Positions 55,221-64,000 of a stretch of DNA of 64,000 bases are shown one piece after another; the stretch's first letter is position 1; every line of letters starts with the position of its first letter. The notes below the pieces were generated by a model, which worked only from the letters and a program-made list of their open reading frames with translations, searched no databases and was not told the DNA's origin. Made by a program: the position numbers and the translations under genes. Source of the DNA: Deinococcus sp. (lineage in GTDB: Bacteria > Deinococcota > Deinococci > Deinococcales > Deinococcaceae); contig OZ253375.1 of assembly GCA_965261005.1 (NCBI GenBank), positions 288,001-352,000 on the forward strand. Direction: 5' to 3'.

Positions 55221-56201
55221 CTACGCCCTCCTTCTGGAGAATTGGTCGGTGGCGACCGCCAGGATGATCAGGACGCCGGTGACCAGCACTTGGTAGATGC
55301 TGTTGACGCCCGACAAGGTCAGGCCCACCCGAAAGACGCCCACGATAATGGCGCCCAGCAAGGTGCCCAGCACGTTGCCGCGCCCGCCGAACAAGCTGGT
55401 GCCGCCCAGCACGACGGCCGTAATGCTCTCCAAGTTCTCGGTTTGCCCGGCGTTGGGGTCCCCCGCGCCGACGCGCCCCACCAAAATCAGCGCCGCGACG
55501 CCGTACAACAGGCCCGCGACGGCGTAGACCCCGATCAGGAGCCGGGTGACGGGAATGCCGCTCAGGCGGGCGGCCTCGGGGTTGTTGCCCAGGGCGTAGA
55601 CGTGGCGCCCCGGCGCGGTCTGGGTCAGAAAGAACCAAGCCAGCGCGAAGAGTGCGAGCATCAGCACCGAGCCGTAGGTGAAGGGCGTGCCGAAGACGCC
55701 GAAGGTCAGGCCCAGAAAGTTCAGCGCGGGCGGCAAGTTGCTGACCGTCTGCGCCCCCGAGTAGATCTGGGTGGTCGCCAAGACGATGCCGTACATGCCC
55801 AGCGTGGCGATAAAGGGCGGCAGCCGCAGGCGGGTGATCAGCCAGCCGTTGACCGCCCCGATGGCTGCCGTGACGATCAGGGCGCACAAGATCGCCAGAA
55901 TGGGCGCGAAGCCCAACTCCACGGCGAACTTGGTCATGATCATGCTGCCGAGGGCCATGATGACGCCGCACGACAAGTCAATGCCGGCCGTCAGGATGAC
56001 CAGGGTCTGCCCGATGGCGATGACGGCCACGAAGGAGATCTGCTTGAGCACCAGCGACAACGTTTGGCTGGTCAGAAAGCGGTCGGACTGGGTGGCGAAG
56101 AAGATGCAGGCCAGCAACAGGGCGATCAACGGCCCAAGGGTGCTCAGGCTGGGCAACACGAAGCCCCGGCGGCCTTTCTCGGCGGTGGCGGGTTGGGTCA
56201 T
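55221..56201 (-). CDS. Sugar ABC transporter permease (RbsC/FrcC-like)
   Basis: AGIDLS, GNNPEAARLSG and AVVLGGTSLFGGRG. Confidence 0.93.
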   Translation of the reverse strand: MTQPATAEKGRRGFVLPSLSTLGPLIALLLACIFFATQSDRFLTSQTLSLVLKQISFVAVIAIGQTLVILTAGIDLSCGVIMALGSMIMTKFAVELGFAPILAILCALIVTAAIGAVNGWLITRLRLPPFIATLGMYGIVLATTQIYSGAQTVSNLPPALNFLGLTFGVFGTPFTYGSVLMLALFALAWFFLTQTAPGRHVYALGNNPEAARLSGIPVTRLLIGVYAVAGLLYGVAALILVGRVGAGDPNAGQTENLESITAVVLGGTSLFGGRGNVLGTLLGAIIVGVFRVGLTLSGVNSIYQVLVTGVLIILAVATDQFSRRRA

Positions 56202-56301
56202 GCGGGTCACCAATCTTGACGGGAGGCGAACAAAGCCACGGCGCGGGAGCGCGCCGTGGCTCTGCATGGCTTGGCTCAGCAACTCGGCGCCGACCCGGCG
56301 C

Positions 56302-57297
56302 TTACTGGCCCCAGCAGTTGGCAAGGCCGAACTTGCCGTCCTGGCTCTTGACCACGGACATGGGCTTGTTGGTAATCAAGTTGACGCCGGTGTCGGTGTA
56401 GCCGCTGACCTTTTTGCCGGTCTTGGCGTAGTTGACGCCCGCCGCCACGCCCATGCTGGCCATCTTCAGGGGGTACTGCTGGCTGGTCGCGCCGATGGCG
56501 CCGCCCTCCACGTTGCGCACGCCCGCGCAGCCGCCGTCCACCGACACGATCAGCACGTTCTTTTCCTTGCCGGCGGCCTTGAGGGCTTGGTACGCCCCGG
56601 CGGCGGCCGGCTCGTTGATGGTGTAGACCAGGTTGATGTCGGGGTTCTTCTGAAGGCAGTTTTCCATGGCCGTTTGGCCCTTGGCTTGGTCGCCAAAGGA
56701 GTCCTGCGCGCAGGCCACGCCAGTGTTCACCTGGGCCGCGGTGTTGCCCGTGATGCCCCCCGTACCGAAACCCGCCAGAAAGCCGTTGTGGCGGGCGATG
56801 CCCACCGGTTGGCCGGGAAACAGGTCCAGGGTGGCGATGACCGGCTTCTTGGTGCCGAGGGCCTGCTTGGCGTACTGGCCGATGAGAAGGCCCGCCTTGT
56901 AGTTGTTGGTGGCGAAGAGGGCGTCCACCGCGCTCAGCGGCTCGGTGGGGCTGTCGAGGGCGATCACCATCACGCCCGCCGCGCGGGCCTTTTGAATGGC
57001 CGGCACGATGGCCTTGGAGTCGCTGGGCGTGATCAAAATGGTCTTGGCCCCGGCGGCGACCATGTTTTCGATGGCGGTCACTTGTCCGGCGTTGTCGCCG
57101 TCGGACTTGCCCGCCCCGGTCAGCAGCTTGGCGCCCAGCTTGTCGGCCTCTTTCTGCGCGCCTTCCTTCATCTTGACGAAAAAGGGGTTGGTGTCGGTTT
57201 TGGTGATCAGGCCGACAATAGGCCGGCCGCTTTGGGCATAGGCGAGGGCGGCGGCGGCGAGGGTGGCGCTGGCGAGCATCAGTTTGGCGTGGCGCAT
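56302..57297 (-). CDS. Sugar ABC transporter substrate-binding protein (FrcB-like)
   Basis: Signal peptide; LITKTDTNPFFVKMKEGA and NCWG end. Confidence 0.92.
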   Translation of the reverse strand: MRHAKLMLASATLAAAALAYAQSGRPIVGLITKTDTNPFFVKMKEGAQKEADKLGAKLLTGAGKSDGDNAGQVTAIENMVAAGAKTILITPSDSKAIVPAIQKARAAGVMVIALDSPTEPLSAVDALFATNNYKAGLLIGQYAKQALGTKKPVIATLDLFPGQPVGIARHNGFLAGFGTGGITGNTAAQVNTGVACAQDSFGDQAKGQTAMENCLQKNPDINLVYTINEPAAAGAYQALKAAGKEKNVLIVSVDGGCAGVRNVEGGAIGATSQQYPLKMASMGVAAGVNYAKTGKKVSGYTDTGVNLITNKPMSVVKSQDGKFGLANCWGQ

Positions 57298-57356
57298 GGC
57301 AAGACTCCTTGGGAATGAGAGGGCGGGCGACCGGGGTGGACGAATTGGGCAGCGCT

Positions 57357-58367
57357 TCAGGAATCGGGCGGTGGCCCGGTGGAGTGGCGAATCACCAGCT
57401 CGGTGGGCAGCTGCACGCGGGCGGGCACGCCGGGGCGCCCCTGGCCCAGCAAACCGAGCAGGTGGCGGCAGGCCAGCGCGCCGAGGTCGTAGGCCGGCTG
57501 CGCGACCACTGTCAGCGGCGGAAGCATGGTCTGCGCCCAGCGCGAGTCGTCGAAGCCCACGATGGAGAGGTCCCCCGGAATACCCAGCCCCTGCTCGCGA
57601 ACGGCGAGAACGGCGCCGACGGTCATCTCGTTGTTGCCGACGAACAAGGCCGTGGGCCGCACCTCGGGAGGCAGCGACAGCAGTTGGCGGGCGGCGCGGA
57701 AACCGTCGTCTTGGCGGTGGTTGCCGGGCCGCACCAAGGCCGGGTCGTAGGCCAGCCCCGCCGCAGTGAGCGCTTGCCGAAAGCCCTCCAGCCGCTCCAC
57801 GGCGGTGCTGATGTCCTGTTGGCCCACGATCATGCCGACGCGCTTGTGGCCGAGGTCGCTCAGGTGCCGGGTGGCGGCCACGGCGCCGCCCACATTGTCC
57901 ACCGTGACGGTGGTGGCGCCGGGATGGCCGCTCACCCGGTCGAGTTCCACCACTGGCAGCTCCGGCAGCGCCCTCAAGTGCTTGCGGGTGCCGCTGGTGG
58001 GCACGACGATCAACCCCTGCGGCAGGTGACCGCGCAGCGTCTCGATGGCGCGGCCCTCCTTGTCCGGCTGCTCGTCGCTGTTGAAGAGAAAGGTGACGTA
58101 GCCTTGCCCCTCGGCGGTGTCCTGCACCCCCTTGGCGAGCAGCGCGTGAAACGGGTTGAGAATGTCGGCCACGATCAAGCCGATGGTGCGCGTTTCGCGC
58201 CGGCGCAGGCCCCGGGCCAGCACGTTGGGCTGGTAGCCCAGCTGCCGGGCGGCGTCCACCACCCGCTGGCGCGTGCCGTGGGCGACCAGTTCCGGGCGGC
58301 TCAGCGCGCGTGAGGCGGTGGCCGTGGAGACGCGGGCGAGGCTGGCGACGTCGTGAATGCTCGTCAT
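57357..58367 (-). CDS. LacI-family regulator
   Basis: SIHDVASLARVSTATASRAL and SIVGFDD. Confidence 0.95.
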   Translation of the reverse strand: MTSIHDVASLARVSTATASRALSRPELVAHGTRQRVVDAARQLGYQPNVLARGLRRRETRTIGLIVADILNPFHALLAKGVQDTAEGQGYVTFLFNSDEQPDKEGRAIETLRGHLPQGLIVVPTSGTRKHLRALPELPVVELDRVSGHPGATTVTVDNVGGAVAATRHLSDLGHKRVGMIVGQQDISTAVERLEGFRQALTAAGLAYDPALVRPGNHRQDDGFRAARQLLSLPPEVRPTALFVGNNEMTVGAVLAVREQGLGIPGDLSIVGFDDSRWAQTMLPPLTVVAQPAYDLGALACRHLLGLLGQGRPGVPARVQLPTELVIRHSTGPPPDS

Positions 58368-58446
58368 TGCAAACGATTACACCTTTACGAAAGGCGGAAG
58401 AAAATTCGGTCGCCACTGGGGCATATACCGAATGAAAAGGATTACA
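58368..58446. promoter_or_regulatory. Two LacI-type operators
   Basis: TGCAAACGATTACA (58368-58381) and TGAAAAGGATTACA (58433-58446). Confidence 0.6.
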
Positions 58447-58544
58447 TTGAGATGGCGCCAGTGTGAGGCTTGCGGCCCTCTTTGTCAAGCTGTCGGGACG
58501 CCCGTTTCCCGGCCGCGCCCTAGACTGCCCGCTAAACTGGCCGC

Positions 58545-59285
58545 ATGGAGACCTTCGCAACCTTCCGGGTCGGCCGCGAGCGCCTGACCGGCATGCTGCA
58601 CCTGCCGGACGGCGGTCAGCCCACGCACGGCTTTCCCTCGGTTGTCATGCTGCACGGCCTCGGCGGGGACCGCAGCGAGTACGGGCGGCTGTTCACCTTG
58701 GCCAGCCGCTCCTTCGCCTTGTCGGGTCTGGCCAGCCTGCGCTTCGACTTTCGCGGCAGCGGCGACTCGGACGGCGACCACGCCGAGATGACCATGTCGC
58801 GCGAGGTGGAGGACACCTTCGCGGCGTTCGAGTACGTCCGCGAGTTGCCCGAGATCGACCCCGTGCGGGTCAGTTTGTTGGGCTTCTCGGTGGGCGGCTT
58901 GGTCGCGGCCCTGGCGGCCCAGCACGCCGCCCCGCACCGACTCGCGCTGTGGTCGCCGACGCTGCCGCCCGAGCTGCTGAAGCTGCTGCCCTTCGGCCAG
59001 CTGCCCGCCACCGTGGCCGAGTTCAAGGGCATGGGCGTGGGCCGCAACCTGCTCGCCGAGCTGCCGCGCCTCGACCCCCTGCGCGCCGTCGCGGCGGCCG
59101 GGCGCGTCACCCACGTCTTTCAAGGGGAGCGCGACGAGCTGTCCCCCCTCGCCAGCGGCCGGGCCTACGCGGCGGCGGCGAACGCCCCCTACTCGCTGGT
59201 CCCCAGGGTCGGCCACCACTTCGAGACCATCGGTGCCCGCGAGGCCCTGTTCGAGGGCACGCTGAGGTTCTTGCTGGGAGCATGA
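58545..59285 (+). CDS. Alpha/beta hydrolase
   Basis: HGLGG, RFDFRGSGDSDG and GFSVGG. Confidence 0.9.
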   Translation: METFATFRVGRERLTGMLHLPDGGQPTHGFPSVVMLHGLGGDRSEYGRLFTLASRSFALSGLASLRFDFRGSGDSDGDHAEMTMSREVEDTFAAFEYVRELPEIDPVRVSLLGFSVGGLVAALAAQHAAPHRLALWSPTLPPELLKLLPFGQLPATVAEFKGMGVGRNLLAELPRLDPLRAVAAAGRVTHVFQGERDELSPLASGRAYAAAANAPYSLVPRVGHHFETIGAREALFEGTLRFLLGA

Positions 59286-59321
59286 GTTGTCACTCTCTCG
59301 CTAGTATGCTAGCTTACTAGT

Positions 59322-59483
59322 ATGCCTCCCGAAGACAAGCAGCAGTTCAACGTCTACCTGCCGCCCGACCTCGTCCGTGAGGTCAAGATCGCCGCCATTG
59401 ACGCGCGCATGTCGCTCTCCGCGCTGGTCGAGGAAGCTTTGCGCCGCCACCTCAAAACCCTGCACGAACAGGCGGCGCGATGA
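59322..59483 (+). CDS. Ribbon-helix-helix (CopG-like) regulator, 53 aa, not in the ORF track
   Basis: [43 protein letters not shown] overlap with the VOC gene. Confidence 0.88.
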   Translation: MPPEDKQQFNVYLPPDLVREVKIAAIDARMSLSALVEEALRRHLKTLHEQAAR

Positions 59484-59845
59484 GGACCGTCCTGATGCCG
59501 CTGGTGTTCGTGAGCGACGTGGCGCGCTCCACCGCCTTTTATCAGGCCCTCGGCTTCGAGTTGGAGCGCACCCAGGTGAGCGGCGGCTGGGCCGAGCTGC
59601 GCTTTGGGGACGCCAAGCTGGCGCTGCACGAGATGTATCCTTTGCCGCCGGAGGGCCGGGTCAAGCTGTGCTTCTCGCACGAGGGTTCTCTCGACGTTCT
59701 GCTGGCAGACCTGCGCGCGAAGGGCCTGCCCAGCGACGACTTCGTGCTGGACGAGGCCTTTGGCCGCTCGCTGTGCGTCCGCGACCCCGACGGCCTGACC
59801 ATCCAGTTCGACGAGTTCGATCCCAGCCTGTATGCCGAACGGTGA
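59480..59845 (+). CDS. VOC family protein
   Basis: [16 protein letters not shown] and [12 protein letters not shown]. Confidence 0.9.
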   Translation: MRTVLMPLVFVSDVARSTAFYQALGFELERTQVSGGWAELRFGDAKLALHEMYPLPPEGRVKLCFSHEGSLDVLLADLRAKGLPSDDFVLDEAFGRSLCVRDPDGLTIQFDEFDPSLYAER

Positions 59846-59930
59846 GCGCCGAAACGGAGAATGTAAGGCGTGTCACCCGATTAAAAATTGTTGAGAACAT
59901 AGGCTGCCCGCCATGCCACCCAGGAGGCCC

Positions 59931-60989
59931 ATGACCCTGCTCGCCGCTCAAACCGCCCCGCCGCCCATCTCGGAGACCTCCATCGCCGTGCGAGACCTGA
60001 CCAAGCACTACCTCGTCCACGAAAAAGAGCCGGGCCTGGCGGGATCGTTGCGCGCCTTTGTGTCGCGCAGGACGCGAACGGTGCAGGCGGTGCGCGGGGT
60101 CAGCTTCGACTTGGCGGGCGGCGAGATGGTCGGCTTTCTCGGCCCCAACGGGGCGGGGAAGACGACCACCCTCAAGATGCTCTCGGGCTTACTCCACCCG
60201 ACCTCCGGCTCGGTGAGCGTGCTGGGCTTCGAGCCGAGGCGGCGCCAGCGCGACTTTCTGCGCGCCATCACCCTGGTGATGGGCCAGAAGCAGCAGCTGC
60301 TGTGGGACTTGCCGGCCCTCGACTCCTTTCTGGTCAACCAGGCCATCTACGAGATTCCGCAGGACCAGTTTGACGCGACCATGCGCGAGTTCGACGAGGT
60401 GCTGGACCTCGGCGGCATCCTCAAGAAGCAGGTGCGCAAGCTGTCCCTCGGCGAGCGCATGAAGTGCGAATTGGCCGCCGCGCTGCTGCACCGCCCGCAG
60501 GTGCTGTTCCTCGACGAGCCGACCATCGGCCTCGACGTCAACATGCAGCTGAGAATTCGCGAGTTCATGCGCGAGTACAACGCCCGCTACCGGGCGACCG
60601 TGATCCTGACCTCGCACTACATGGCGGACGTCACGGCCCTGTGCAAACGCATTCTGGTGATTGACGCGGGCGAGCTGGTCTGGGGCGGCGACTTGGCCGC
60701 CCTGACGGAGCGCGCCAGCGCCCACAAGACCGTCAAGCTTCAGCTGGCCGCGCCGGCGGAGCGCGCCGAGTTGGCGCGCTACGGCAAGGTGGTGCGGCTC
60801 GACGGCCTGAGCGCCGAGCTGGAGATGCCGCGCGCCGAGGTGTCCGCCCGCGCCGCCGCCTTGCTCACCCACCTGGAGGTCGCCGACCTGACCGTCGAGG
60901 ACCCAAGCATCGAGAGCGTCATCGGCCAGCTGTTCGGTCAAGCGTCCGGCCCAAAATCTGGCACAGCGTCCGGCAAGGCGGGCGCGTGA
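59931..60989 (+). CDS. ABC exporter ATPase
   Basis: GPNGAGKTT, LSLGERMK and LDEPTIGLD. Confidence 0.93.
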   Translation: MTLLAAQTAPPPISETSIAVRDLTKHYLVHEKEPGLAGSLRAFVSRRTRTVQAVRGVSFDLAGGEMVGFLGPNGAGKTTTLKMLSGLLHPTSGSVSVLGFEPRRRQRDFLRAITLVMGQKQQLLWDLPALDSFLVNQAIYEIPQDQFDATMREFDEVLDLGGILKKQVRKLSLGERMKCELAAALLHRPQVLFLDEPTIGLDVNMQLRIREFMREYNARYRATVILTSHYMADVTALCKRILVIDAGELVWGGDLAALTERASAHKTVKLQLAAPAERAELARYGKVVRLDGLSAELEMPRAEVSARAAALLTHLEVADLTVEDPSIESVIGQLFGQASGPKSGTASGKAGA

Positions 60990-61789
60990 CGGCCTGGCGC
61001 AAGGGCCGCGCGCTGCTGGCGGCGTCGCTGGCGGCGTCCACCGCCTACCGCGCCGAGCTGATGATCTGGATGCTGTCGGGAACGCTCAGCTTCGTGATGA
61101 TGGCGCTGTGGATCGCGCAGGCGAGGGGCGCGCCGGGCGGGCAGATCGGCGGCTTTTCCCCGGCCGACTTCGCCTCGTACTTCGTGGGCACCTGGGTCAC
61201 GACGCAGCTGCTGGTGGTGTGGGTGGGGCACGAGCTGGACTACCAGATTCGCTTGGGCCACTTGTCGCCCAAGCTGCTCAGGCCGCTCGACCCCATCTGG
61301 GAACACCTCGGCTCGCACGTCAGCGACAAGCTGCTCCGGCTGCCGTTTCTGGTCGTCATCGCCCTCTTTGTGCTGTGGCTGGTGCCGGGCGCGCACTTCA
61401 CGTCCGATCCGCTGGTCTACCCCGCCTTCGCCGCCCTGGCGCTGCTGGGCTTCGTCCTGCGCTTTCTGATCGAATACTCTACCGGCCTGCTGAGCTTCTG
61501 GACCGAGAGCACCACCTCGTTCCAGGACCTGCTGTGGCTGGCCTACGCGGCCCTGGGCGGCATCTTCGCGCCGCTCACGCTGTATCCGGCGGCGGTGCAG
61601 ACGGTGGCGCGCCTCACGCCCTTTCCGTACATGATCGGCTTGCCGGCGCGCATGCTGGCCGGCACGGCGACCTGGGTGCAAATCGGGCAGGGCTTCGTGA
61701 TCTTGGTGGCCTGGGCGCTGGGCTTCTTGCTGCTGCGCCTGGCGCTGTGGCGCCTGGGCCTGCGGCGCTACGGGGCGGTGGGCGCGTGA
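60986..61789 (+). CDS. ABC-2 type permease
   Basis: IRLGHLSPKLLRP; six TM segments. Confidence 0.88.
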   Translation: MTAWRKGRALLAASLAASTAYRAELMIWMLSGTLSFVMMALWIAQARGAPGGQIGGFSPADFASYFVGTWVTTQLLVVWVGHELDYQIRLGHLSPKLLRPLDPIWEHLGSHVSDKLLRLPFLVVIALFVLWLVPGAHFTSDPLVYPAFAALALLGFVLRFLIEYSTGLLSFWTESTTSFQDLLWLAYAALGGIFAPLTLYPAAVQTVARLTPFPYMIGLPARMLAGTATWVQIGQGFVILVAWALGFLLLRLALWRLGLRRYGAVGA

Positions 61790-62571
61790 TTCGCTCCATG
61801 AAGCTGATTCGCCTCTTCGTCGGCGCCGCCCTGAGCGCGCAGTTGGAGTACCGCGCCAACTTCTTCGCCAGCGCGCTGGAGAGCGTGGCGCAGGTGGGCG
61901 TGGGCCTGCTCGGCCTCGCGCTTTTCCTCGGCAACAGCGACTCGCTGGGCGGCTGGAGCTATCCGCAGGCGGCCTTGGTGCTGGGCCTCTTCATGCTGAC
62001 CCAGGGCTTTATCTCGGTGGCGCTTCAGCCGAACCTCAGCCGCATCGCGGAGCAGGTGCGCGAGGGCAGCATGGATTTCACGCTGCTCAAGCCGCTCGAC
62101 GCGCAGTTTCTGGTCAGCACCCGCAACCTCAACCTGTTCCGGCTCAGCGACGCTTTGGTGGGGGCGGGCATCGTGGTCTGGGCGGCGGCGCGCTTGCCGG
62201 AGGTCACCCTCGGCGGCTTGTTGCTGGGCGCCCTCTTGTACCTCTGCGCCCTGGTGATGGTGTACAGCGTTTGGCTCTCACTTTCCACCACGGCCTTTTG
62301 GTGGATCAAGGTGCCGAACATCACCGAGCTGTTCAACGGCGCTTTCGGCGCGGGCCGCTTTCCGGTGGTCGCTTTTCCGGCCCCGGTGCGCTTCGCGCTC
62401 ACCTTTGTCGTCCCCATCGCCTTTATCACGACCGTGCCAGCGCAGGCGGCGCTGGGACAGCTCAGCCTGACCTTGGCCGTCATCTCGCCCCTGATTGCCC
62501 TGACGCTGTGGCTGCTCAGCCGCCTGTTCTGGCTGCACGCGCTGCGCTCCTACACCAGCGCGTCGAGCTGA
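61786..62571 (+). CDS. ABC-2 type permease
   Basis: EYRANF, GSMDFTLLKP and YTSASS end. Confidence 0.88.
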   Translation: MIRSMKLIRLFVGAALSAQLEYRANFFASALESVAQVGVGLLGLALFLGNSDSLGGWSYPQAALVLGLFMLTQGFISVALQPNLSRIAEQVREGSMDFTLLKPLDAQFLVSTRNLNLFRLSDALVGAGIVVWAAARLPEVTLGGLLLGALLYLCALVMVYSVWLSLSTTAFWWIKVPNITELFNGAFGAGRFPVVAFPAPVRFALTFVVPIAFITTVPAQAALGQLSLTLAVISPLIALTLWLLSRLFWLHALRSYTSASS

Positions 62572-62672
62572 AGGCTTGTTCAACTGGCCCCGGGCAACCT
62601 TGGTCGCATTCGTCGCCCCCCGCTTGGTCTATAACCTTGAAAAAGAGGACAAGAGTACAGCTGGAGGTTGTC

Positions 62673-63395
62673 GTGGGCCGGTCCAACGCTTTGATCATCT
62701 TGGTGCTTCCCGTGCTGGTGGCCTTGGCCGTCGTGTTTTCGTCCAATTTGTCGGCCTTGTTCGCCGGTCCCCAAGCCGGACCGACCACGGGCGCCGCCAC
62801 ACCCACCGCCGCGCCGGCGTCCTCCCCGGCGGAACCCGTCAAGTCCACCATCACGGTCAAGCCCCCAACTTCCCAAGCCCCCGTAGCGCCCAGCGAGGTT
62901 GCGGTGCCCACGCAACCCTTGGTGCCCAAGCCGGCGCCCAGGGCGCCCAGCGTGCGCGCCGCGCCCTCGCCCTCAGTGTCAGCCGCGCCGCCCGTGGCGC
63001 CCACCAGGACCGCGCCGCCCGTGGCCGCCAAGCCGGCCCAAGCGCCCACCTCGCCCTACCTGATCCGGGGACGGGCCTTGGCGACGCTGCTGTACGACAA
63101 CCAGCTCGACCGGCTGTGGCGGGCTTTCTCGCCCCAAACGCAGACCCAGTGGGGCGGCTTGGCGGCCTTCAAGGCTTACCGGGCGGGCGGTCTGAACGCT
63201 TACGGGACGGAGACAAAGGTGCTGAGGGAGCGGGTGGTCGGCGGCGGGGGCCTGACCTACTACACCCGCACGTCCCAATTCGAGCGCGGTTCGAAGGGCG
63301 GCTGGACCTTGATTCTCGGCTTGACCAAGGACGGTCAGGTGCGGCAGTTCGGCATCGTGGCGGCGGGCGCGCTGCCGGACAAGACCCGCCGGTGA
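62673..63395 (+). CDS. Membrane-anchored Pro/Ala-rich hypothetical protein
   Basis: GGAGG RBS, N-terminal TM, low-complexity linker and a globular C-terminal domain. Confidence 0.7.
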   Translation: MGRSNALIILVLPVLVALAVVFSSNLSALFAGPQAGPTTGAATPTAAPASSPAEPVKSTITVKPPTSQAPVAPSEVAVPTQPLVPKPAPRAPSVRAAPSPSVSAAPPVAPTRTAPPVAAKPAQAPTSPYLIRGRALATLLYDNQLDRLWRAFSPQTQTQWGGLAAFKAYRAGGLNAYGTETKVLRERVVGGGGLTYYTRTSQFERGSKGGWTLILGLTKDGQVRQFGIVAAGALPDKTRR

Positions 63396-63449
63396 GACGG
63401 GCGCGGCCCGGGCGAACACGCCGCCGCCGTTTTGTGAAATAATCGCGGC

Positions 63450-63803
63450 ATGCGGCTTTTCTCATTGCGAGCGGGTGTCGGCGTTGTACAGGCCCTTGTG
63501 TTGTGCGCCGGCGGCGTGGCGTTCGCGGGCGGCGGCTCCTCCGCAGACACGTCCGGCACGGTGGTCGCGCGGGCCACCTACCGCTGTCAGGGCGGCGTGC
63601 GGGTGCAAATCACCCAGATGCCCGACACGGCGCGCGTTGAGTTCGCGGGCCAGTCCCAGCTGCTCAAGCTGGTGCAGGCGCCCAGCGGCGACCGCTACCA
63701 AAACAACACCTTCACCTGGTTCACCAAGGGCGACACGTCCTACATGAAGCGCAACGCGAGCGGGCGTCTGGCCCTGACCGGCTGTACGCCGGTGGGCGGC
63801 TGA
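63450..63803 (+). CDS. MliC/PliC-family lysozyme inhibitor-like protein
   Basis: YRC, SGDRY, WFTKG and a C-terminal Cys. Confidence 0.8.
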   Translation: MRLFSLRAGVGVVQALVLCAGGVAFAGGGSSADTSGTVVARATYRCQGGVRVQITQMPDTARVEFAGQSQLLKLVQAPSGDRYQNNTFTWFTKGDTSYMKRNASGRLALTGCTPVGG

Positions 63804-63821
63804 GCCGAGCCGCCGCGCCCC

Positions 63822-63855
63822 AAAGCCTTCAGGTCGTCCCGGTCTGAAGGCTTTT
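63822..63855. terminator. Bidirectional terminator-like hairpin
   Basis: AAAGCCTTCAG...CTGAAGGCTTTT between convergent genes. Confidence 0.65.
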
Positions 63856-64000
63856 CAGTTTGTCCAGCACCTCGTCGGCGTGCCGCCCCACGTTCACGCC
63901 CCGCCAGTGCCAAGCCAAGCGGCCGTCCGGCCCGATCAAAAAGGTTTGGCGCCCGGTCACGCCCAGCAGACCGTTCAGGCCGCCCAGCACGCCGTAAGCC
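63829..64000 (-). CDS. Peroxiredoxin (BCP-like), C-terminal part
   Basis: AYGV...RQTFLIGPDGRLAWHWRGVNVGRHADEVL. Confidence 0.8.
   Translation of the reverse strand, partial: AYGVLGGLNGLLGVTGRQTFLIGPDGRLAWHWRGVNVGRHADEVLDKLKSLQTGTT

Overview
High-GC bacterial chromosomal window with gene content, IS types and leaderless TANNNT-(6 nt)-start architecture typical of Deinococcus (inference). Mostly housekeeping and metabolic genes: cysS, purD, tRNA-Leu(CAA), secG, peptide and sugar ABC transporters, scpA-meaB, pyrR-pyrB-pyrC, pyrD, glutamate synthase, spoVS and an RsmB-like methylase. The main accessory feature is a minus-strand polymorphic-toxin locus at about 9.4-18.2 kb. It has one full-length DUF4157 (eCIS-associated) protein with a C-terminal toxin-like domain and an immunity gene. 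A tandem array of start-less toxin-tip plus immunity cassettes follows, each immunity gene rejoining the toxin at the same sequence (GGCGTACTTCG, codons AYF of DAAYFG). One immunity allele is split by three IS elements, one of them nested. Other notable items: an IS200/IS605 element (tnpA+tnpB) with an IS608-like left end inserted at TTAC in the 3' end of a UDG gene; a candidate Cys-sensing leader-peptide attenuator upstream of cysS; a WYL regulator with a palindromic site driving a VOC-alkA pair; several pseudogenes; and small genes missed by the ORF track. All calls are by eye; no database searches were run.
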